Source: an uncultured Chloroflexia bacterium (GTDB lineage: Bacteria; Chloroflexota; Limnocylindria; Limnocylindrales; CSP1-4). From it: a DNA stretch of 64,000 nucleotides. Within the stretch, counting starts at the first letter, position 1. Every line of letters begins with the position of its first letter. Both the position numbers and the translations under genes were made by a program. The DNA is taken from positions 576,001-640,000 of the forward strand of contig CAVQJC010000020.1 of NCBI GenBank assembly GCA_963712745.1, given 5' to 3'. The notes under the pieces were generated by a model. The model was not told the DNA's origin. It ran no database searches and saw nothing but the letters and a program-made list of their open reading frames with translations. Shown piece after piece: positions 38,479-49,368 of the stretch.

Positions 38479-39629
38479 GGTCGAGGGTCAGGCATCGGCA
38501 TACGATCGAGGATCGCCACCCACTCCCGTTCGAACCGGTCGATCGAGAACTCGTCGCAGACGCGTCGGTAGCCGGCGAGACCCAGCCGTTCGGCGCGGGC
38601 CCGGTCCCCGAGTAGCGAGACCATCGCGTCCGCCAGCGCGACCGAGTCGCCGGGGGGCACCAGAAGACCGGACTCGCCAGCGGCGACCATCTCAGGGATG
38701 CCGCCCGTGGCGCTGCCAATCACCGCTCGACCCCGGGTCATGCTCTCGAGGACGACGTTCGGGAATGGGTCCGGCCGGGTAGAAGGCACCGTGACCAGCC
38801 AGGCCTCGTTCATGGCCGGCAGGGAACTCGGGCGTTCGCCGAGCCATTCCAGCCAGGTCCCTGACGGGTCGGCCGCATTGATGGCCCGCTGGACCGTCGC
38901 GGCATCGATCTCGGTACCGGGGACGACCCCGCCGAGAAGACGGAAGCGGGCGTCCGGCACCTGAGGGTGGGCCTCGGCAGCTGCCTCGATGAAGACCTCC
39001 CAGCCCTTCCACTCGTTCATCCGGCCGACGAACAACGCCACCGGATCGGGAGGCAGCGGAACGGGCTCGTCGTGGATCGGGACGCCATCGTGCAGCGTGC
39101 TGGGCCCTCGACCCTTGATCGGACCGAGCCAATCACGTACAGCGTCCGACACCACGTAGACGTGGCCATCGGCGAGCCGTGCGTTCTCTCGAACGGAGCG
39201 TCGGAACCAGCCGGGGGACTCGATGACCTCGCGAATGAACCACAGGTGTGGAGCTCCCACCAGCCGCGCCACGGACGGGCCGGCCGGGATGGCTGCTGAG
39301 TTCGAGACGATGGCGCGGGCGCGCGTCGAACGCGCAGTTCGCAGGACCCACCACCAGCCCCGCGCCGCCCGCGGTAGCCAGCGCACCATGCCCAACGCCG
39401 AGCCGTAGCGGCGGCGCAATACCGGGAGTGGCCCACGGCGAGCCTCGACGCCCTGGGCCTGCAGCTCCGCCGAGAGGCCACCGGCGAAGTCCACATCGTC
39501 GGGGAGAAGCACGACCGGACGGCACTGGCTTCGCGATGCACGGACGAGCGCCAGCAGCTGCCGGTCGGCTCCGTACATCTCGTCGGACGGGTGCAGGAAG
39601 AGCACGGTCGGGAGCGTCGTGGGTGCCAC
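38475..39629 (-). CDS. Glycosyltransferase family 4
   Basis: HPSDEMYGADR, GRMNEWKG and PDPFPNVVLESM; start 39629 or 39635. Confidence 0.92.
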   Translation of the reverse strand: MAPTTLPTVLFLHPSDEMYGADRQLLALVRASRSQCRPVVLLPDDVDFAGGLSAELQAQGVEARRGPLPVLRRRYGSALGMVRWLPRAARGWWWVLRTARSTRARAIVSNSAAIPAGPSVARLVGAPHLWFIREVIESPGWFRRSVRENARLADGHVYVVSDAVRDWLGPIKGRGPSTLHDGVPIHDEPVPLPPDPVALFVGRMNEWKGWEVFIEAAAEAHPQVPDARFRLLGGVVPGTEIDAATVQRAINAADPSGTWLEWLGERPSSLPAMNEAWLVTVPSTRPDPFPNVVLESMTRGRAVIGSATGGIPEMVAAGESGLLVPPGDSVALADAMVSLLGDRARAERLGLAGYRRVCDEFSIDRFEREWVAILDRMPMPDPRP

Positions 39630-39635
39630 GGGCAC

Positions 39636-39655
39636 ACGATAAACGGTTCTATCCT
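39636..39655. promoter_or_regulatory. Back-to-back -10 boxes for divergent leaderless transcripts
   Basis: TATCCT(39650)-6nt-ATG(39662) on +; TATCGT(39641-39636)-6nt-GTG(39629) on -. Confidence 0.6.
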
Positions 39656-39661
39656 CTGAGC

Positions 39662-40600
39662 ATGAGCCAGACGGGCGGCGCAGACAGGGTCAGCATGATC
39701 ACCGTGCTCTACGGCGGTGCGGACGTCATCGGCGACTGCATGCGATCGGCCCAAGAGGCAGCGCGTATCGGCGGACCTCGAGCTCGAGGTCGTGCTCGTC
39801 GACAACAAGCCCGGAGACGGCACGGCCGACGCAGCACTTGAGGTGGCACCTGAGGCGAGGGTCATCCGCAACGACGAGAACGTCGGCTTCGGGCGTGCCT
39901 GCAACCAGGGCTTCGCGATCGCCACGGCCGATTGGTGGCTCCTGCTGAACCCTGACGCTACGCTCGACGAGCGAGCCCTGGCCCACCTCGTGGCCTTCGC
40001 AGAGGCGCACCCGGGCGCCGGTGCCGTGGCACCCATCATCACCGGCGCCGGGCTGGACCGAGCCGAGTCGGCGGGGATGCAGCCAGGCCTGCGCTCAGCC
40101 ATCGGCCACTTCTGGCTCCTCAACCGTCTGCTGCCGGGCGACCGTGGTGGCCCGTGGCGCGGGCTGCAACTGCACCGCCGCCTCGATCTGGGCCCCCGCA
40201 AGGTCGAGTGGGCGTCCGGCGGCGCGCTCTTGCTGCGGCCGGCGGCTGTTCGCGCTGTAGGGGGTTCGACCCCTCGTTCTTCCTGTACGCCGAAGACATG
40301 GACCTGGGGCGCCGGTTCGCGGAGCACGGTTGGGAGACATGGCTTGTTGCGCAGGCCTTCGCCGAGCACAGCATCGCCGGCTCGTCGGGAGGCGTGACCG
40401 ATCGGTGGTACGTGGCGCTGCACGGCTACGTCGCGGGTCGCGCCGGGCGGACACGGGCGTCGCTGTTGGGCCTGGTGGCCACTGCCGGGCTGGCAATCCG
40501 GGCACTCGCGTCAAAGGACGCCGCACATCGACGACGGATGACGATAGCCGCACGGGCGGCACTGCGACTCGCGATACGTGGCACTGATAGCCGCGAGTAA
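39662..40600 (+). CDS. Glycosyltransferase family 2 (WbbL-like); apparent frameshifts near 39767 and 40265
   Basis: VDN..DGT, NVGFGRACNQG, LLNPD, WASGG and FDPSFFLYAEDMDL spread over three frames. Confidence 0.85.
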
Positions 40601-40753
40601 CTGGCGCCACCCGTCGCGGACCGACCGCAAATCCGGCGCTAGAGTGGGGCACATGCGGCTGACTCTGGCTGGTGGATGGTTCGGGATTCCCGAGTCCTGG
40701 GCCGACGGACGCGATCCCGAAACGCTCGGGTCGCCAACCTGCGCGGCGGGCAG

Positions 40754-41936
40754 ATGAGCCACAGGCGCGTCCTCCTCATTGCTCACGAGCTGTCGCGGAG
40801 CGGGGCTCCCATCTCCGCCTTTCAGACATTTCGCCACCTGAGCGCGAACCTTGACCTGCGGGTCGTTTCCAACCGAGGCGGTGAGTTGAAGGCAGCGTTC
40901 CAGAGCATCGGCAAGGTCACCGTGCTACGGGAAGGCATCCTGGTCGACCTTGGCTCCAAGCTAGCCCGCTCAACGGAAGCGCAGGCTGTGCTGGAAGGGC
41001 TACAAGGGCGCATTCGGTCTCGCATCTACGGGGCCCGTCGCTCCGGATGGCAGCCCGACGTCCTTTACCTGAACAGCGCCGCCACGCTCCCCGTGCTGGC
41101 GCGAATGCCGTCTCTGCTGAAGCAACAAGTGCCAACGATCCTTCACGTTCGCGAGAACCGCGTCCTCCTCGAGACCTACGACCGACTTGCGCCCGGGATG
41201 CTGCGTGAGCACCCGATTAGGTATGTCGCCGATCTTCTCGGTCGGTACAGCGTGATCTCGTGGAGCAATTCGGTGTTCCGCCCGAACGAACTGTCGTAAT
41301 CGAGAACGTCCTCGACGAGCGTGGCTCACGATCCCGCGGAGCCATGGTTTTCTCCCGGAGCCCGGCGACGAAAGACCGCTTGTCGTTGGGGGTGTCGGCC
41401 CGGTCCGCTGGATGAAAGGACCCGAGCTGTGGCTCCTCACTGCGGCCGAACTCAAACGGCGCCACGGGTCCCACGCATTCCGTTTCCGCTGGGTCGGCGT
41501 CAATGACGCGCTCGAAGGCCGCCAGTTCGAAGACATGGTCCGAAAGCTGGAATTGTTGGACACCGTCGAGTCTGCCTCCACGACGCCCAGCATCCGCGAG
41601 GAGTACCGCGGAATGGACATCCTCCTGGTGTCTTCCTGGGAGGAGCCGTCGTCTCGGGCAACCATGGAGGCGATGGCTGCCGGGCAAATCGTGGCGTGCT
41701 TCCGCGGCTCGGGCGGCCCGGCGGAACTCATCGGTGACGCCGGCATCATCGTCGACGGGTTTTCGCCAACGATGATGGCTGACGCCGCCATCGGCCGACT
41801 CAAAGCGGAGCCCGAGGAGATGGAGCGATTGTCGGTCCTCGCCAACGCGCGAGTACGAGAGCGCAACACTGCGCCCCTGCAATCGGAGCGAATACCTGGA
41901 ACTGATCGATTCGGTCAGAGGTGGCTAGCAGGCTGA
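40754..41936 (+). CDS. Glycosyltransferase family 4; several apparent frameshifts (about 41232, 41370, 41893)
   Basis: HELSRSGAP, LHVRE, WMKGPELW and SSWEEP..ATMEAMAAG. Confidence 0.8.
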
Positions 41937-41966
41937 GGGGGACGCTCGCCTGGAGATTGCGGCGCC

Positions 41967-43105
41967 CTATTGAAGCGCCAGCACCGCACGGACGCGCCCC
42001 CACATGGCGTCGGCCTCCCCGCGGAGCCTCGCCGCTGGCTCGCGCAGGCTCGCGGCGGGCGGCCAAGGAATGCGGCTGGAGTTCCTGACCAAGCCTCTCG
42101 CGAACCGAGGAGACGTCCGAAACGTCCCACAGCGCTTCCCGGCAGCCATAGTCATCGAAGAGATAGGAGTACTTGTGGCTCCATCCGGTTCCGATGGCTG
42201 GAACACCCTGGGACATTGCGTTGACCAAGCCGTGGTACCTCGATGAGACCACGAGCGCACAACCGCCGATGAGCGCTTTCGTGGCAAGCGGATCAGTGTC
42301 GCGACACTCCAAGACCTCGGTGTCGAGGTCGTCAGCCACGCGACGACCCAGCCGTCGATCCCCGGGCTCGTGCGCAACCACTCCGACCCGATAGCCGGCG
42401 TCGGCAGCCGCGAGGGCACATGCCTTGAGGAACGCCACGTACTTCGCCTCATCCAGCGATGCACCCATGTCGATCATGCGCATGTCGGGGATGAGGGCGA
42501 CTACTCCGTTCCATTGGGTGTCGGGCCTCGGCTGAAGCAGGTTCGTGAAGTCCGGCGCCATCCGCACCTCGGGTGAATGGAGGTTCAAGGAGCGTAGATG
42601 TCCGAGAGAGTCTGGATCTCGCGCGATAATCATGGCAGCCATCTCGAGCGCTGCTCGAGTCGCCGCCGCAACATTGGGCCTGCGAAACGGGCCGAACGCC
42701 TGTGGTAGAAGGATGACCGGCTTCCCAGACTCTGTGAAGGATTGGTACAGACGGGCGCTGCGTTGAGCCGGCCACTCATCAAGAGCATCGCCATATGCGA
42801 ACCCGGAGGCGTCCAGCAGGGCACCCACCGCGGAGGGGGACAGAAGCCCTGCGAGTCCGCAGTACGCGCGGTGGTGTTGCTCGAGCCGCGAGTGCGACCG
42901 CGGCATTGGCCCATGGTTTGTTGTCCGAGTTGAGCCGCAGGACGCCGCTGCACCTGACACGCTCTCGTTGTGCGCGCGATCCAGTTCGAAAGCCGACTGC
43001 CACTTCCCGCACTTGGCGCCAGGCAAGCAACTGCTCCGTCGCCGCCACGAGCATGAGCTCGGCGCCCATGTTGTGGAATCCCGCGCCGCTGATCTCAACA
43101 ATCAA
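41967..43105 (-). CDS. Polysaccharide pyruvyl transferase family (WcaK-like); apparent frameshifts
   Basis: FHNMGAELM, DASGFAYGD, LPQAFGPF, ARDPDS, SSRYHG and GWSHKY. Confidence 0.85.
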
Positions 43106-44181
43106 GGGGCGTACCGACGGAGGACTTCGAGCGGCTTCTTCTGCGAACGGGGCACTAGACCGGTGGGATCTGGGTAACCGACGGCGATGAGCATGATGGG
43201 GCGTTCGTACGGCTCAAGGTTGAGTTCCCGCGCCAACCCAATCTCCGCGCTCTCCGCCGCTGGGGTATTCAGAGCATACGAACTGAGGCCGAGCGACTCC
43301 AAGGCAAGCATGAATGACATGGCCGCCAGGGAACCATCGATGTAGATCACGTGCCGATCGCGATCAGAGAAGAAAGCATCTAGCCTGCCGATGACCGCGA
43401 CGAGGACAGGGATGCAGTCCGTGAAGCCAGCGGCGCCGCCGGGGATCTCGGCAATCCTCTTGACTCGCTCTGGCTGATCGAAGACACGGAACTCGAACGG
43501 CTGCCGGTTGCAGGCGGACGGCGACTGCGCCGCAACGGCGAAGGCCGCATCCAGGGCCGCCCGTGGGACTGGTACGTCGCGGAACCATCGGACCGAACGT
43601 CGACGAATGGCTAGCTCCAGCAACGCGTCGCAGCTGACAGGGGCCTCGACGCTCAGGTCCCTGACATACGGGACGAGAGGAGCGGTCGATGTGGTCGATT
43701 GCTCCCACGCCAGGGATTCGAAGTGGCGTCGAGCGCGATCAATATCCGGCGTCGACGTTGTTGCGATGAAGTACTCGTGGAGGACATCACGCGCCCAGGC
43801 AAGCTCCGCACTCTGCCCATCCGTTGACGCTGCCGCGTCCGCGACACGTTGGACGGTCTCACCTATGTAGTCCGCAGCGAAGACATCGCGGCGAGGACGA
43901 CTAATCAGGCCCTTTTCGAGCCGATGGACGTTCCGACGGAGCACAGGATCGGTCTGCTCGCTGGCACCAGAGCGATCAGCGAACCGGCGCAATCCAGCAT
44001 GGATGGCGTGGGTCTCACGCATGGAACTCGGATAGCCGCTCACCACTGCACGTGGCCCAAAGCGGATAGCCGCACTCACCCACTCGGACAGCCCCAACAC
44101 GGACCGGTAGAGAGCCGCGACTAAAGGCCGGAGCGGCCTGGGGACCAAGGTGAGCAGTTGCTGGCGGCGATGGCTAGGCAC
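43102..44181 (-). CDS. Nitroreductase-family protein with an N-terminal extension
   Basis: RRNVHRLEKGL, RRRSVRWF, SPSACNRQP and IAVGYP. Confidence 0.88.
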   Translation of the reverse strand: MPSHRRQQLLTLVPRPLRPLVAALYRSVLGLSEWVSAAIRFGPRAVVSGYPSSMRETHAIHAGLRRFADRSGASEQTDPVLRRNVHRLEKGLISRPRRDVFAADYIGETVQRVADAAASTDGQSAELAWARDVLHEYFIATTSTPDIDRARRHFESLAWEQSTTSTAPLVPYVRDLSVEAPVSCDALLELAIRRRSVRWFRDVPVPRAALDAAFAVAAQSPSACNRQPFEFRVFDQPERVKRIAEIPGGAAGFTDCIPVLVAVIGRLDAFFSDRDRHVIYIDGSLAAMSFMLALESLGLSSYALNTPAAESAEIGLARELNLEPYERPIMLIAVGYPDPTGLVPRSQKKPLEVLRRYAP

Positions 44182-45508
44182 TTGCGACTCCTCCCCGAAG
44201 ATACCTGACCGGAGCCACGAACGCCCTAGTCATCATCTTCGCGGCTGGCCGAGTCGCCGGGAAGAACCACAACGCGAAGTATGAGGCCATCGCGTATGAG
44301 ACCAGCGTCGCCCAAGCGGCCCCGATCCCACCCCAAGCCGGAATCAGTGCCATGTTCGCCGCGATGTTGATTACAGCGCCAGCGCCCTGTGTTGCCAACG
44401 AGTACATGAGAAGCCGCTCGGCCACCAGCCACTTGCTGAATGCCGCACGCATGAATACGAAGACACCTGCCCAGATGTGAACACGGAGGATGTCATCGGA
44501 CCCGGCATACGCAGGACCGTACAGCCATCCAACCAGCCATGGCGCAGCAATAGCCACGGCGACCGCTACAAGGAGGCCAAGCCACGCAAGCACATCGATC
44601 AATTGCTGGAGACGTGTGCGGTAGCGATCTCGCTCGGCCAATCGCAGACGAAGGAGCTGGGGGAATGCTGACGCCACGATCAGTGTCGGGACGAAGTACC
44701 AGACCTCGGATAGGCGGGCTGCAGCCGCGTAGACGCCGACCTCGTGGCTTGATGTCATCCGGCCAAGCATGACTTGGTCGATTCGTAGGTAGAGCACGGC
44801 TCCTACAGACGAGAGTGCAAGTGGCCACGCTTCACGAGCGAGGCGCCGAATCCGTCTACCTTGCGGGCGCCAGTCGCTCGGTCTGTGCCCCTGACGCGCG
44901 TAGACGAACAGCGCCCCAAGCTGGACGATGAAGACCTCCCCTACGCGCGCCGCCAGAAACCAGAAGACCGATAGGTCCAATGCGATGAACGTCAGGACCA
45001 CAGCCACGTAGATTGCTGCGGCCACCATCTGGACCCAGACGACGTACCGCGACTCCGTCCGAGCCTCGTAGAACAGTGCCGTCACCTCGAGCGGCTGCAC
45101 GAGCAATACCACGCCGAAGACGACGATTGCGAAGCGAAGATCCGGGTCCGCGTGTAACAGGAGCGCCAGTCCGACAAGTAGGAGGGTCGCCACTGCGCTG
45201 CCGAAGACGCGGAGAGCCAGCGCGCTGCCAAGGATCCGATTCCGATCGTCCGGACGCTCAACGAGCTCGCGCGTGACGAGCCCCGCCATCCCAATCGAGC
45301 TCACGCTGACGAGGATCATGACAACGGCGATGACGTAGGAGTAGACGCCGAAGGACTCCGGTCCGAGATATCGAGTCAGCCATACAGCTGTGATGAACCC
45401 AACGGCCATCTTCAGGGCAGAGCCCGCCATCAGCCAGCCGCCGTTGCTGGCCACACCCAGCAACGTCGGCGACGCCCGCGCGGACAGGCGCTCGCGTAGG
45501 GCCCTCAT
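44174..45508 (-). CDS. wzx: Wzx-type polysaccharide flippase
   Basis: RYLGPESFG, IDQVMLG, VGVYAAAARL and GAAWAT; about 12 TM segments. Confidence 0.9.
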   Translation of the reverse strand: MRALRERLSARASPTLLGVASNGGWLMAGSALKMAVGFITAVWLTRYLGPESFGVYSYVIAVVMILVSVSSIGMAGLVTRELVERPDDRNRILGSALALRVFGSAVATLLLVGLALLLHADPDLRFAIVVFGVVLLVQPLEVTALFYEARTESRYVVWVQMVAAAIYVAVVLTFIALDLSVFWFLAARVGEVFIVQLGALFVYARQGHRPSDWRPQGRRIRRLAREAWPLALSSVGAVLYLRIDQVMLGRMTSSHEVGVYAAAARLSEVWYFVPTLIVASAFPQLLRLRLAERDRYRTRLQQLIDVLAWLGLLVAVAVAIAAPWLVGWLYGPAYAGSDDILRVHIWAGVFVFMRAAFSKWLVAERLLMYSLATQGAGAVINIAANMALIPAWGGIGAAWATLVSYAMASYFALWFFPATRPAAKMMTRAFVAPVRYLRGGVASA

Positions 45509-45530
45509 CCTTGCCGCTCCAACAGCGTCC

Positions 45531-46706
45531 TCAACGTCCCTCCAGGGCTGCGGGGATGGTGCGGACGAGGATCTGGAAGATCCAGCCAGAGGGACCAGCG
45601 GTCGATGTATTCGAGGTCATCTTCGACCCACTTGTCGAAGACCGTCTCGTGGCGCGCGCGGACCTGCCATAGGCCGGTGATACCGGGCTTCATCGACAAG
45701 CGGCGTCGGTGCCACAGGTCGTAGTCGGTCACCTCCGATTCGAGCGGTGGCCGCGGCCCAACGAGCGACATCTCGCCACGTAGCACGTTCCACAGCTGCG
45801 GTAGCTCATCGATGGACCAGCGGCGCAGGCGGCGACCCACCGGAGTGATGCGCGGGTCCTCGGTCATCTTGAAGACCGGCCCGCTCAACTCGTTGGCCCC
45901 GGTCAGCTCAGCCTGCCGCTCCTCTGCATCGACCGCCATGGAGCGGAACTTCAGGATCTGGAACGACCGGCCGTGAAGGCCCACGCGCGTCTGGCGGAAG
46001 AGCGCCGGTCCCCCATCGCGCCGGACGGCCCAGCCCACGGCCGCGAAGAGCGGCGAGAGCAAGAGCAACCCGATGGCCGAGACGCCGATGTCCAGGAACC
46101 GCTTGGTCGCGAGGGCCAGCCAACGTCCCTCCAGGGCTGCGGGGATGGTGCGGACGAGGATCTGGAAGTCCAGCCACAGCGACCAGCGGTCGATGTATTC
46201 GAGGTCGTCCTCGACCCACTTGTCGAAGACCGTCTCGTGGCGCGCGCGGACCTGCCATAGGCCGGTGATGCCGGGCTTCATGCTCAGCCGCCGACGGTGC
46301 CACAGGTCGTAGTCGGACACCTCCAATTCGAGGGGCGGTCGCGGCCCCACCAGCGACATCTCGCCGCGTAGCACGTTCCACAGCTGCGGCAGCTCATCGA
46401 TGGACCAGCGGCGCAGGCGCCGACCCACCGGCGTGATGCGCGGGTCCTCGGTCATCTTGAAGACCGGCCCGACAGCTCGTTGGCCCCCGCCAGCTCAGCC
46501 TGGCGCTCCTCTGCATCGACCGCCATGGAGCGGAACTTCAGGATCTGGAACGGCCGACCGTGGAGGCCCACGCGGGTCTGGCGGAAGAGCGCCGGTCCCC
46601 CATCGCGCCGGACAGCCCAACCCACGGCCGCGAAGAGCGGAGAGAGCACGACCAGTCCGATGGCTGAGACGCCGATGTCCAGGAACCGCTTGGTCGCCAG
46701 GGCCAG
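45531..46706. repeat. Diverged direct duplication of about 588 bp (46120-46706 and 45531-46119)
   Basis: The two segments align end to end with mostly third-position differences. Confidence 0.95.
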
Positions 46707-47516
46707 TGTCCGGTCCGGTCCGGATACCAGCGAGTAGACCGGCGTGCCGTCGAGCTCGTCGACCTTGCCCTGGGCGAAGGGATGCTCGAGCACATCCATG
46801 GGCACGCGCACGATCTTGCCCGCCTCCTCGGCCACGTAGGCGATTCCGTCGAGGTACTGCCACTGGCTGAAGGGCAGACAGATGACGACCTCGTCGATGA
46901 CATTGTCGGCCAGCACGTTCTCGAGATCGGCCAGCTTGCCCAGCCAGGGCCAGGCGGCGTCATCGGCGTAGTCGGGCTCATCATCGAGGAAGCCGATGAC
47001 CACCAGCCCCAGCTCACGGTGGCTCTCGATGGTCGAGGCAAAGGACTGCCCACGCGGGCCGGCACCCACCATCAACACGTACCGCGCGTTCTTGCCCCTG
47101 GCTCGAAGCTCCCGGAAGGCCAGACGCAGGATGGCCCTCGTAACCAGGGCTATGACGAACTGCGTCGGGAAGAGGATGATCAGGAAGATACGACTGACAT
47201 CCGGGAGCTTGAACCAGAACAGCACGGCGAAGGTCGCCGCGGCCATGAGCACGGTCGCTCGGAGCAGGTCCCACGCTTCGGTGCGGATGGACCAGCGTGC
47301 CCGTGGTCGGTACAGGCCGTTGAGCGCCAAGGCCACGACCCAGCCCACGGCGTACACCAGCAGCAGGGCCTGGGCGTTGGGGATGATCTCCCGCCACCAG
47401 ACCGCCCAGTCCTCGCCGAAGCGCACCACCGACAGGCCCACCAGCACGGCCGCTGCGAGCAGGCCGTCGGTGAGCATGAGCAGGGCACGCAGGGTCGAAC
47501 TATGGCGCCGGATCAT
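45531..47516 (-). CDS. Priming polyprenyl-phosphate phosphoglycosyl transferase (WcaJ/WbaP-like) with two tandem catalytic domains; apparent frameshifts near 46468 and 45580
   Basis: 4 TM segments and a Rossmann-like domain, then KRFLD...KFRSM...SIDELPQL...MSLVGPRP...KPGITG present twice. Confidence 0.88.
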
Positions 47517-47633
47517 GACCGGCCCACCCTACGGATTCGTGGTGCGTTCTGGCAATGGTACTGACGGTCTAGTGGCGTTTGTTGCGGTCGGCCGGAACAA
47601 TGGGGCGACCGCTATCCGCAGGAGACCCGACCA

Positions 47634-48975
47634 CTGCCCGCGACCACCGCCGACATCCACCCCATCGCCATCATCGGTGGCGGCTTCGCCGGCCTGTCAG
47701 CCGCGTACGAGCTCGGCCTTCGCGGCATTCCCTGCACGGTGTTCGAGCGCGACTCGGAGGTGGGAGGGTTGGCCGGCAGCTTCAAGGTCAATGGGGCGGA
47801 CCTCGAGAAGTTCTATCACCACTGGTTCGTCAGCGACGAGTACGTGCTGGCCCTGGTCGACGAGCTCGGTCTGCGCGACCGGATCGTCCACCATGCGAGC
47901 CGCACCGGCATGTACTACGCGAACCGGCACTACCGCCTTTCGACACCGCTCGACCTGCTTCGGTTCGACGCGCTGCCCCCGATCGACCGCGTGCGCCTGG
48001 GCATCATGACCCTCCGTGCACGGCGGATCACCGACTGGCAGCCGCTCGAAGGACAGACCGCCGCCGAATGGGCCCGTGCGCTGGCGGGACAGCGCGCGTA
48101 CGAAGTCGTGTGGGAGCCGCTGCTTCGCGGCAAGTTCGGCGAATTCGCCGAGGACGTCTCTGCCGTCTGGCTCTGGAACAAGCTCAAGCTGCGCGGCGGA
48201 TCGCGCCGGGCAGACGGCGCCGAGGAGCTGGTCTACCTGCGTGGTGGATTCGCGGGACTGGCAACGGCCTTGGCGCGAGCGCATCGAGTCGATGGGAGGC
48301 CAAGTGCTGACCGGGTGTCCGGTCGAAGGCATCGAGGCCGACAACGGGACGGTCACGGCGGTGATCGCGCAGGGGCAGGCGCACCCCGTCTCTGGCGTCC
48401 TGGCGACGACCGCGCTGCCCGATATCGCCGACCTGGTCCGGGGCCATGTCGACGCCGAAGTCGTAGGTGATCTTGAGCGGATCCGCTACCTTGGCAATGT
48501 CTGCCTGGTCCTGGAGTTCGACCGCAGCCTCTCCGACACCTACTGGCTCAACGTGAACGACCTCTCCTTCCCGTTCGTCGGTGTGATCGAACACACCAAC
48601 CTCGAGCCCTCGAGCGCCTACGGCGGCCGGCACATCGTCTACCTCTCCAAGTACCTGCCGGTGACGGACCCGCTGTACACGATGAGCGACGAGGAGATCA
48701 CCGAGTTCAGCCTGCAACACATGCGCAGGATGTTCCCGGAACTCCAGGCTGATTGGCTGCTGGCAAGCCACGTCTGGCGAGCGACGTACTCGCAGCCGAT
48801 CGTGGAGCGCGGCTACAGCGACCTGGTCAAGCGGATCGAGGTGCCGCTGGCGAACTTCGATGTCGCCACCATGGCCCAGATCTACCCAGAGGACCGCGGC
48901 ACCAACTATGCCGTGAGAGAGGGACGAGAGGCCGCCCGGCGCATCGCGGCACGGCTTGGCCGCCAGGAGCCTTGA
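47634..48975 (+). CDS. FAD-dependent oxidoreductase (amine oxidase/protoporphyrinogen oxidase-like); apparent frameshift near 48276
   Basis: IIGGGFAGLSAA, GGLAGS, EKFYHHWF and QIYPEDRGTNYA; the start is CTG after AGGAG. Confidence 0.85.
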
Positions 48976-48998
48976 ACTCGTCTGATACGCGTGGTCGC

Positions 48999-49048
48999 TT
49001 GACGACGTACTTGGCCGAGACTAGGATTGTACACACATCGTATGTACA
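48999..49048 (+). promoter_or_regulatory. Promoter and operator of the DUF1778/GNAT TA operon
   Basis: TTGACG(48999)-N17-TAGGAT(49022); TGTACA-N9-TGTACA at 49028-49048. Confidence 0.7.
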
Positions 49049-49059
49049 GGAGTGCAGCC

Positions 49060-49368
49060 GTGAGGGCCGATACGAGTGCAGCGTCCCGAGCCGGTAGACG
49101 TGCCAAGTCGGCCCGTGTGGACTTTCGCCTGAGTCCGGAGCAGAAGGTCCTGCTGGACGAGGCGGCGACGCTCTCGGGCACGTCACTCAGTGAGTTCGTG
49201 CTGCAGTCCGCGCAGGCCGCGGCCAACGACGTCCTCGCCGACCGCACACGGTTCATCCTGCCTCCCGAGCGATGGGCTGCGTTCGCCGATGCGCTTACGC
49301 GTCCGCCGCGCCACCTGCCCAGGCTCGCGGCCCTCCTGTCCTCGCCGTCGGTCATCGACGACGAGTGA
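49060..49368 (+). CDS. DUF1778 (TacA/AtaR-like) RHH antitoxin
   Basis: KSARVDFRLSPEQKVLLDEAA...SLSEFVL..A...WAAFADAL; AGGAG-7nt-GTG. Confidence 0.9.
   Translation: MRADTSAASRAGRRAKSARVDFRLSPEQKVLLDEAATLSGTSLSEFVLQSAQAAANDVLADRTRFILPPERWAAFADALTRPPRHLPRLAALLSSPSVIDDE

Noticed and set aside
45531-46706. Simple assembly stutter as the explanation of the PGT duplication
   Set aside because: The copies differ at many synonymous sites, which random read error would not produce; a chimera remains possible
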